Virus record (IMG/VR): IMGVR_UViG_3300025389_000012 | Source of the DNA: an uncultured virus (IMG/VR IMGVR_UViG_3300025389_000012) | Taxonomy: Duplodnaviria > Heunggongvirae > Uroviricota > Caudoviricetes | DNA: 20,000 nt | Direction: 5' to 3' (one strand) | Shown: piece after piece, positions 12,001 to 16,012 of the stretch | Position numbering within the stretch: position 1 is the first letter of the stretch | How the letters are laid out: each line of letters starts with the position of its first letter | Notes under the pieces: generated by a model | Seen by the model: the letters and a program-made list of their open reading frames with translations, nothing else | Databases searched by the model: none | What the model was told of the DNA's origin: nothing | Position numbers and translations under genes: made by a program

Positions 12001-12078
12001 TAAAAATTGTTGGTTGCTAGTAGTCTGAAAAATTTCTGGTAAGAAATTAAGTGTTCTAACTCTATTTGTATTTGCCAT
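1..12078 (-). CDS. Giant virion structural protein (>=4026 aa, 3' end beyond window), probably a greatly expanded baseplate wedge protein of the T4 gp7 / P2 gpI type with many inserted domains
   Basis: ATG at 12076-12078, 1 nt after the TAA of the gp6-like gene, with an upstream AGGA. Hand translation gives MANTNRVRTLNFLPEIFQTTSNQQFLSATLDQL...NNEDFSSSDVSLESTTPPIQ with no in-frame stop down to position 1. It lies directly after gp6 and has gpI/gp7-like motifs 'YQNLIKNKGTRNAV' (K at aa 2083) and 'YLNEVKPYHVTI' (K at aa 3636), plus GxGY..PP.V repeats near 490-680. The ORF is near-certain; the gp7 identity is inferred. Confidence 0.9.
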   Translation of the reverse strand, partial: MANTNRVRTLNFLPEIFQTTSNQQFLSATLDQLVNPPNLQRIQGYIGSKFGYGVNPNDYYVTEPTKTRREYQLDPGVVIKKTNENTAKDFITYPGILDALNLQNGVTNNNNRLFNSQFYSWDSFTNLDKIINFNQYYWLPFGPPSVTVASQTVYSTEQYVVTSLDNGYNIRIASAETGEINPTLTLLRGGTYTFLVDQDTQFWIQGQPGVTGYSPTQTNLYTRNVYGVENNGATQGYVTFTVPAADAQNEYQFPASGVNLDLVCTTPFSQINGQLLSTIGAIDGVTSLQGLQIMFYNTGIPNETGYVQTYYSETSYDTNDNTLVQPLTISVNQTAANVFTLASGTNASLNVNDTITFNNPTFGGVTAGSVYFINGLVGTTGFTISATLGGSILTLTNATGLMTANTNQGLLEEGYYTTVANNFYTVEYVGDPANPVIRLIPSGVIPTNQTITPAFGVQYNNLPFYRNTVGTIAEVPYISAPLNTLYYQDGTNADSVGVIKLIESNLSNTINVTTDILGQKTFTSTNGVVFTNGLKVSFDGDVIPTSYLSGEYYVEGVGTAIELIPVNSLICPEGFTEAVYNPYDSTNYDIGNWDLTDFVPVLPDYITIARNSINKNAWSRSNRWFHIDVINATASYNNDPTILTIYASATAKAQRPIIEFYPNLQLFNSGIIGKQAVDFFDTRTTDALTQVADQQNYYPDIQVYSTYTATVAGVTNATSTTITINASAVTGTLQQYQYITDSTNLLPRNSQIQSIALNNGVYTLNVSWQNATTFNTTTVASIVASDTTVNNYALFSGARVIFSADPTVSNTIFVVNLSTLTTGSTPVITMTPAEDSPCLTNEQVAVLRGYYHQGESYYYTGTSWDLAQEKTNVNQAPYFDMFDSNGVSFGDPSVYHSTTFTGTTLFQYGVGIGSIDTVLGFPISYSSIDNQGDIQFDVTLNSDTFNYVNGATPITENINTGYVYNYTVDRTLFRQLGWQTAVAPSVQYQYFEIPYSPATTTYTCDIAALTGTAATDAVWPVVQVYIDNVYQSPTSYTYTVGTNSTTIVLPQQPSTATLVQILLLSNQVSTTGYYQIPINLSNNPLNTNITVANVGDIRNQYQSIFYNNPNTTGQVFGPNNYRDLGDIVPYGTAIIQNSASLVLPGALLRVPDHNLFNALLYNSREYVNYKQLIVSTVSNTNFTQTYNPAQILDIALAQITQSKSPNQSFFWSDMIPSQAPYRSNIYTFNNALDTSIYPLSQVYNFETANYNGVLVYRTTKINDYQTVTEQLIKGQDYTVSTTAPSLEVTIELNAGDTITINEYNQTYGSYAPNTPTKLGLYPAFVPEVVLDSDYYTPTYFIKGHDGSFTKLYGEYINGVLQDYRDQALLEFETRVYNNLKLSNTIPIQAYDLIPGYFRQGTQQYSNQEWLEMYSTNFLNWIGQNRLNYKTQYYNTNDPFSYNYTNSGNKLDSTPIQQGYWRGVYQYFYDTTTPNETPWEMLYYPNQPSWWTERYGPAPYTSDNLVLWNDIANGVRWEDGVPVTVPELARPGLLNILPVDSAGNLVSPFVSIVGNYNPNTFQKDWVVGDDGPTELSYRRSSTWPFDFMRLQALMKPAEFFNLGVWVDNYKYNAEFNQYLVNDRSHLVPNEIPVYGSGTAVTSYLNWIVDFEKQQGIDATTNLTTLFNNLDVRLVYRLAGFSDQNQLAFYVEKASPNTTSSSLLIPNESYNILLYDNQPFDRIPYSSVVVQQNDGYYTVFGNAQQFAYFTVLNPVYDGQTYAIDIQSAKVKVAKNYSTKETIVPYGTSFYSTQELAQFLTSYGAWLQDRGMIFQDIQNGLEVTWNQMVAEFLYWSQTGWGTGSVITLNPAATLLTIDKVDCVVQPLTIQDQNFVLNQNLYPIQLKDMCIERNDTQFTLHALNQGDAFSYAQFDLGNFEHGIVFDNTTQFNDTIYNLVTGLRQIRINVRGAKTADWNGTVNAWGFILNQDNVQEWSPNLKYTKGQIVLYKNKYWVAQRVIEPTATFNQQNWKETNYNAVQIGMLPNPSTRSFESALYYNTNVSNLSQDANLLSYSLIGYRPRDYLATADLTDVTQINVYQNLIKNKGTRNAVNAFQGVTLPQGGISYNVYENWAILQGEFGGVANNNFVQFRINQANMTGDPSIFSLTNGVYTPGSMQEIPIYSLYNYKHNIDNPNILLTTNDAEPSTTNIYPDAGYVNFNDVKMSSYFYSGLPRATDITGQIVPIQNFYVRDYVWLANFLNTWNVYSLKPIGQVIQVRNNLNKTATITFAEPHGLSKLQPLAIVNFANNVDGYYIVTQVVNLNEVIINLNVATANQNTLTGQGIGLIFETQRAATPSEIGLLDLTEADFITNTVWVDENTDGNWAVYQKTINYQYNQQLEKPYATNFGTAVSYSPEMGYLVSDAPQGNVYRYVYDPLSSQSTGQPVYDISQTLTGGTSFGTTIVHQNNIYAISEPTSGTPKVYIYALNDSTVSTAAILYQTIAAPGGVTNWGSALAMSGDNNWLYISDIANNNVYVYRREQVLLNAGYFVTGQTYTIQSIGTTDFTAIGAVANDVGITFVATGAGTGTGTALQVTYAQSTVISGSSTAGSVSGDNFSASLSTDYYGQTLFVGAPDVNYSSTIENWGSAYAYQRTVQNVEAQQTSVAGQIQSFTLGWTPTAGATRTASATNGSTNYITCNAAMTGFAVNQAVVFNGSNFANCGIKPNVVYYIAGISGSTISIKTSRSSTTPVQLTTASGLSFGVYVQVDPLYVTVNGTLVQDNNYGVIGNQFVYSGALQAGDIINISDNQYTLVQNFNSQFNDRTGIHYGYAMDMNTFGTEVLVGSPFEINDTTGEEGATYRYTNVGAKYGVIIGTSVCNLLSSQYLFINGYLLFLTAGDATSIANQINSSKITNVQASVTTDGMLVIQVIDSEIAQPNNQLSISVVNEDVLDQLGLDVFVNTQVLVSPYAVGPTEFGTAIKFNESGSVVISAPVGTRYEFTSFDFTDNGTPDLDTVFDNNATRFVDSYPNAGAVYMYDYLGNYNENVANPGQFVFAQSVNSQNTSYGFNPLYGASLDFNNNTVVVGSPDFLPGVSDGQVVIYDNSVGTQDWGIYRQSAPIVDINSISNSQLFSATSNNTLVNLDYIDPLQGKILGSVRQNLDFVTNTDPARYNSDLASQTGYVWGANEVGKTWFNTNNVRFVNYHQNDVVYNSKYWGQVFPGSDVAVYTWVASNVPPQNYQGPGTPLDITLYAISSTLNASSVVVPIYYFWVRNTNLIFSETGKTLSDTILAQYIANPRGSGISFMAPVLPNTFAVYNSLSYFNGTDTVFNIAYSSNQDSGSDIYHQQFALIKENYAEDFLPGFPQYAYISSALSEPNGLYLRFINSLAGCDDAGGVVPDPYLPIQVQSGVQVRPRQSFFLDRFLALKNYLTFANEVLAQYPIVELRENLDFLYTVGDINPGTGLPYYDTTNYWEFVNWWAPGYSDNTRSVLQVPLYADLATLNVSAGTIVTVAQNGAGKFEVYITDGLGNWTRIGLQQGTIQFSSALWDYSSAGLGWDGNFFDTNVFDLYPSEETRYIVRALNEQIYTADLLIYRNQSLILLFQYIQSETTSSQNFLPWLNKTSLVDVDHKIRELLPLEVYQGDNEVFLEGYLNEVKPYHVTIKQFSFSYTGNDVFEGNITDFDLPAQWNNTYQEFISPELVYTLPNNEYEYLPSSSIWQTEAYNQWYQNYGVSLTGQDNYNITTLVSYLTPSSKYIIVDNANGFPINGTITIDGEQIGYSSVDRALNQLSGLVRGYNSTVVTNHIPGAKIYIDLPAVLLLSGGNGYSNPPRVTAVIDETLYPAPRTPAVLEAVMNLDSVLEINVIIPGSGYPVLPTIVIEPSSTIYFANTQVNSVLHTITVYAPDLVTGSQVQYFNDTSTNNGVGELADGQWYYINVLETTPTAVVALYVTYSDAINDANRIPIFNNGTGSAFSLNLGARASAISTAYPVRENSIRMKFDRTTYNSQVQDWQSSAYYGAFFAGSYRNNEDFSSSDVSLESTTPPIQ
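2839..4935 (-). other. Seven FG-GAP-like repeats (predicted 7-bladed beta-propeller) inside the giant protein
   Basis: Blades: NFGTAVSY..LVSDAP..NVYRY; SFGTTIV..AISEP..KVYIY; NWGSALAMSGD..LYISD..NVYVY; NFSASLST..LFVGAP..GSAYAY; HYGYAMDM..VLVGSP..GATYRY; EFGTAIKF..VVISAP..GAVYMY; LYGASLDF..VVVGSP..GQVVIY. Confidence 0.8.
6055..6168 (-). other. CBM5/12 (ChtBD3)-like small aromatic module in the giant protein
   Basis: EWSPNLKYTKGQIVLYKNKYWVAQRVIEPTATFNQQNW fits the W-x5-Y-x2-G-x2-V-x-Y-x3-(Y/W)-x-A...W pattern. Confidence 0.6.
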
Positions 12079-12079
12079 T

Positions 12080-15000
12080 TTATAAGTATCCTACCTGAAG
12101 TTGTGCAGGGGTATTTGCTGGTATCACTACCACTGTATCAGGTACAGCCGCATTTACGAAAATTTCATAAGGTAAACATTTGATTTCATATAATGTTCCA
12201 AACGGCTGACTTGGATCATTTGGTACCAATACAGCAGAACTAATTAAATCGCCGCATTCATTATGAAGATATGATGCCAATTCACTAAAGTAGAATGTGT
12301 CACCAAAATTCCAATTGTTAATATCAAAATAATTATTCATAGCAGTTAAAACAGCACTTCTAATTTCACTATCACTTGCATTAGTGGTTGAATTTGCAAC
12401 AACTTTAATAGTTGCTTGCAACGCACTATTTGCCTTAGGTCCAAACAAAGGTTTGAACACTACACTATTTAATATCAATGCATCACTCAACATTTTATAA
12501 TCGTCTAGTTTTCCATATTCTTGTGTTAAATCATTTATGGTTGGCATTGAAGGATATGGTACTGTGTTAGTAATATCAGTTACCCATTGTGTGTAAGCAG
12601 TATAATATGATTGAGTTACAACATACAAATCAATGATGTTAGTTGTCACTGGATCAATTCTAGTTGTGTTGTTACTGTTGTGACGATATTGGAATGCAAG
12701 ACCTTGACGACCTGCTTTCCAAGTATAATCTGATTGCAATACCATTGTATATGATGGTGTTATTACATTTGGTTCTTGAACAGAAACATAGAAATTACCT
12801 GTACCACCTTGTGCATTGGTTTCGCTATAAGCAAAGAATAACTGACCAACAGGATATTGATATTTGTTTACTTCAATCTGTGTGATTGTAGGATATGTAT
12901 AGCAAACACTACTTGTAGGAATAATATAATTTTGTTGTAAGTTTAATGGATCGGTTACGATTTGAAAGAACACATATACACCAATGTTTGTTCCACCGTT
13001 TACATAACCTGTGACTTCACTAAAGAAGTCAGGGCTTAATACTAATTGATTGTTATCCACACTGGTTGCCGCAACTTCAACTTGGAAGTCATCTACATAA
13101 CCATCGCTTTGTACAGTTTGACCAAGAATATTAACTACAACATCATTGCCTAAAGGCTGACTTGAATCTGGTTGTGAGTTAACTTGTAAAATGTTAATAA
13201 AATCTTGTAACACTTTACCTGAGTATGGATCAAACACAACTTGGTTAGGGTTAAATGCAAAACGTGTACTTGCAACACTACCAAAATAATATGTTAATGC
13301 TTGATATGTAATACTGTAAATGTTGTTACCCATGCTTTGGAATTGAACAAAACTGTTTGGGTAATCATATGCTTCAATAAACCAACGTTGTTGATTGATA
13401 GCAATTGAATTATCAAATACTAAACTAAAATTCTGTTGTAGTTCCATAAGAACCACACACTCTTGAATAACAGTTGTTGGCACCGCATTGCTGAATGCTG
13501 GAATAACTTGTGTTAATGTAACGCCATCAGGAACATACCCACTAAGTGTTACGGGACCAGTGCCGTTACTAAAGTTACCAGTACCACTGTTACTACCGTC
13601 ACCAATAACGTTAGTAATTGTTGACCAAATCGTAGTAGTTGTACCTGCACCACCAATACCAGCATGTAGTCTATTGTTGCTGTCAAAGTAATATCCATTA
13701 GGAGCAGTAAATTGTAATACTGCACCTGGTGACAAATACTTCAAATTACTTGAAGCATAGATGCCAATTGGTTGTGGAATTTGTAATGCACCACTAATTT
13801 CATAAAAATAACCTGATTCTGTGCTTGCATTAACTTGTGCTGTACTCCAGTATACTGGTGCGCCAGTTACTGTAGATGAATTAATTGCATATCGAGGATA
13901 GTTTTGAATATAGTATTGAGTTGCTCTGTTTGCTGCCAATACTGCTGATAGTGCGCCAGTAAAGAAATTGATAATATCACTGGTACTATTAATTGTAAGT
14001 GTATAAAAACCAGGGGTAGTGTCTTGATATAAAGCACCGTCATCCCCAAAACAATTAATGCTTGAGAATTTACCTGTTGGATCAAGCAAATCTAAACTTT
14101 TTGAAGCACCAATGCTACTGCGATTAATAGCCTTACTTTTAATGATTGAACTATACAGTGAGTACGGGAAGTCATTATAGTCTTGACCATTGACCATACG
14201 ATTTTGTGTATAGTAGCGTGTTGGGGCACGTTGTTTAATACTTGCAAGTGTTTCTCTTGCTTGCGCTGTACTTACTGTTTGTGTTAATGTCAAGCCAAAT
14301 GTAATTGTTTGGGCGCGACCTGTTTGGTCAAGATATGTGAATGAAACGCTGATTCCGTTCATTTCGCTAGGTTGAATTACATATGTTAATGCGTTACCTG
14401 AACGAACATATGCTCTAAAGTTTCCTACTGGGATAGCAGAGAACACACCATCACCAAAGATGTATGTAACAGTATCATTGAAACCTGAAGTTACAGAAAA
14501 AATATCTTTGTTAGAGAATTCTGTTTGCAGTTGTGCATTTGCATATACGTTGTCTACTTGAACCCAAGGAGTTCTAGTTCCATCGCTATTTAATTGATAT
14601 AACCAAGTATCACTATTGTTGACACCTTGAATATTACCAATTGCAATATTTTGATTAGAAATTTGCTGTTGTAATGTGAAATCGTAGTTTTGTAAACTGC
14701 CCTGTACAAAATAGAAAAAGAATCCTGTGTTAGGGCTACCAAAACCTAATTGGTCGTTGCGATATAGTATATTGAACTTACCACTTGGTGCAGGGGGAAC
14801 TTCATATACATAGTCTTCCCCAACACTACTTGCGCTGACTAATTCAAAATTCATATTTTGATTGTCAACAGTTGCGTTAAATGGAACTACTGGTAGTGAT
14901 GTAGCAGGAATTTGAATTGCATACTCACTTGTTGTAATACCTAAAATGTCTTGAGAGTTACCTGGTTTACCAATTCGCTGTGAAGTGATCAATGCGGCAT

Positions 15001-15481
15001 TGATGATTGTATTGAATTGTTCTAGCCAGTTTGGATTAGCAGGGTCATTCCATAGAATTTGTAGATTACTTAAGTTTAATCCATTGATGTCTTGGATATT
15101 TTGTGTAGTTGATACGCTAGTTACCTTGATAAATCCTTGTCCAGCAATGTTACGTTTTGGAGTATAACTAACTAAATTGGCAAGTTTGATAACGCTATCT
15201 CTACGTTCTGCGGTATCAATAAAGTTTTCACGGCTGTTTAAGTCATTTCTAAATGCAAGACCTTGGCCCATAAAAGCCATAACGTCAAGCAAGGCAATAA
15301 ATTCGCTTGATTCTGTGTAATCGTTGAATGTTTCTGGGTAATATAGTTGGAGATAATCAATGAAACTCTTACGAAGGGTTTCATAATCGTAACTTTGAAA
15401 ATTAGCCGCAGAATAGGTTTGGTATAATGATTGCCAATCATTAAGTCCAAATAATGCCGCTTGTCGTGAACTTGTTGCCAT
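12080..15481 (-). CDS. Baseplate wedge subunit, T4 gp6-like (1133 aa, enlarged)
   Basis: N-terminal 'DYETLRKSFIDYL..FNDYTESS..LLD..A...F..D....E.F..TA..R.S...LA..V.Y.PKR', internal 'FGDG' and 'ETLASIKQRAP..Y.TQNRMV...DY' match the T4 gp6 family pattern. It follows the gp25-like gene, and a GAGAG RBS lies upstream. Confidence 0.9.
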   Translation of the reverse strand: MATSSRQAALFGLNDWQSLYQTYSAANFQSYDYETLRKSFIDYLQLYYPETFNDYTESSEFIALLDVMAFMGQGLAFRNDLNSRENFIDTAERRDSVIKLANLVSYTPKRNIAGQGFIKVTSVSTTQNIQDINGLNLSNLQILWNDPANPNWLEQFNTIINAALITSQRIGKPGNSQDILGITTSEYAIQIPATSLPVVPFNATVDNQNMNFELVSASSVGEDYVYEVPPAPSGKFNILYRNDQLGFGSPNTGFFFYFVQGSLQNYDFTLQQQISNQNIAIGNIQGVNNSDTWLYQLNSDGTRTPWVQVDNVYANAQLQTEFSNKDIFSVTSGFNDTVTYIFGDGVFSAIPVGNFRAYVRSGNALTYVIQPSEMNGISVSFTYLDQTGRAQTITFGLTLTQTVSTAQARETLASIKQRAPTRYYTQNRMVNGQDYNDFPYSLYSSIIKSKAINRSSIGASKSLDLLDPTGKFSSINCFGDDGALYQDTTPGFYTLTINSTSDIINFFTGALSAVLAANRATQYYIQNYPRYAINSSTVTGAPVYWSTAQVNASTESGYFYEISGALQIPQPIGIYASSNLKYLSPGAVLQFTAPNGYYFDSNNRLHAGIGGAGTTTTIWSTITNVIGDGSNSGTGNFSNGTGPVTLSGYVPDGVTLTQVIPAFSNAVPTTVIQECVVLMELQQNFSLVFDNSIAINQQRWFIEAYDYPNSFVQFQSMGNNIYSITYQALTYYFGSVASTRFAFNPNQVVFDPYSGKVLQDFINILQVNSQPDSSQPLGNDVVVNILGQTVQSDGYVDDFQVEVAATSVDNNQLVLSPDFFSEVTGYVNGGTNIGVYVFFQIVTDPLNLQQNYIIPTSSVCYTYPTITQIEVNKYQYPVGQLFFAYSETNAQGGTGNFYVSVQEPNVITPSYTMVLQSDYTWKAGRQGLAFQYRHNSNNTTRIDPVTTNIIDLYVVTQSYYTAYTQWVTDITNTVPYPSMPTINDLTQEYGKLDDYKMLSDALILNSVVFKPLFGPKANSALQATIKVVANSTTNASDSEIRSAVLTAMNNYFDINNWNFGDTFYFSELASYLHNECGDLISSAVLVPNDPSQPFGTLYEIKCLPYEIFVNAAVPDTVVVIPANTPAQLQVGYL

Positions 15482-15499
15482 AGATACTCTCTTTTGATA

Positions 15500-15507
15500 T
15501 ATTTATC
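15500..15507 (-). promoter_or_regulatory. T4-late-promoter-like element GATAAATA upstream of the gp6-like gene
   Basis: Minus strand reads GATAAATA TATCAAAA GAGAG TATCT ATG. It is a 7/8 match to TATAAATA, and the same ATAAATA core occurs in the neighbouring spacer. Confidence 0.5.
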
Positions 15508-15510
15508 ATT

Positions 15511-15531
15511 ATCAAAAACTCGGTTTTTGAT
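15511..15531. repeat. Perfect 9-bp inverted repeat (ATCAAAAAC-tcg-GTTTTTGAT) abutting the gp25-like stop codon
   Basis: Read directly from the sequence. The stem is AT-rich with a 3-nt loop and there is no separate U-tract, so it is not a typical intrinsic terminator. Confidence 0.8.
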
Positions 15532-15992
15532 TAAACTACTGCGGCCGCACTAGTCGTTTGATTAAAAAATATACTCAATAGTGCTGGGTTATTGAAGGGG
15601 GCAACAGCCATTTCTATTTCAACTAATATACCATTTTCTTGGGGGAAAGCATTAACAGCATTTAAAATTATTCTAGGATCCTGTGAGGCAACTCGTTTAA
15701 TTTCATTTTGAAGTTGAGTTTGAACATCAAATGTATTAGGATCAAACAAGAAACTCCAAACTGTAGTACCATAATTAGGTTGGCCTACTTTTTCTCCTTG
15801 ACGTATATTAAGAGCATTAATCAAGTCTCTTACGACTAAATCTGAATTTAATAATCTAAATTTTTTACCCGGATTAATTGGTTGTTGTAATCCTAAACCC
15901 CCGTCCAAACTGCGGGCAGCCAACCCAGATACATTATTAGTTGTCTGGGGTAAACAAGCGTTGATAGTACTAAATCCAATATATTGTGCCAT
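15531..15992 (-). CDS. Baseplate wedge / sheath polymerisation initiator, T4 gp25 (GPW_gp25)-like, 153 aa
   Basis: 'LVVRDLINALNIRQGEKVGQPNYGTTVWSFLFDP...EIKRVASQDPRI' matches the gp25 signature (GER...P.FG....LFEP...EPR). It sits between spike and gp6 genes, with a TAAGGA RBS upstream. Confidence 0.92.
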   Translation of the reverse strand: MAQYIGFSTINACLPQTTNNVSGLAARSLDGGLGLQQPINPGKKFRLLNSDLVVRDLINALNIRQGEKVGQPNYGTTVWSFLFDPNTFDVQTQLQNEIKRVASQDPRIILNAVNAFPQENGILVEIEMAVAPFNNPALLSIFFNQTTSAAAVV

Positions 15993-15996
15993 ACAG

Positions 15997-16010
15997 TATT
16001 TATTTCCTTA
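15997..16010 (-). promoter_or_regulatory. Shine-Dalgarno (TAAGGA) followed by T4-late-promoter-like AATAAATA, 4 nt before the gp25-like ATG
   Basis: Minus strand reads TAA AA TAAGGA AATAAATA CTGT ATG. The T4 late promoter consensus is TATAAATA (7/8 match). Confidence 0.5.
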
Positions 16011-16012
16011 TT

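Noticed and set aside
1..12078. Intein, intron or diversity-generating retroelement target explaining the gene's size
   Set aside because: I saw no intein splice motifs or homing endonuclease motifs, no frame interruption, and no near-identical repeat pair differing at adenines.
15511..15531. Rho-independent terminator
   Set aside because: The stem is AT-rich, there is no U-tract after it, and it lies mid-operon. It is kept only as an inverted repeat.
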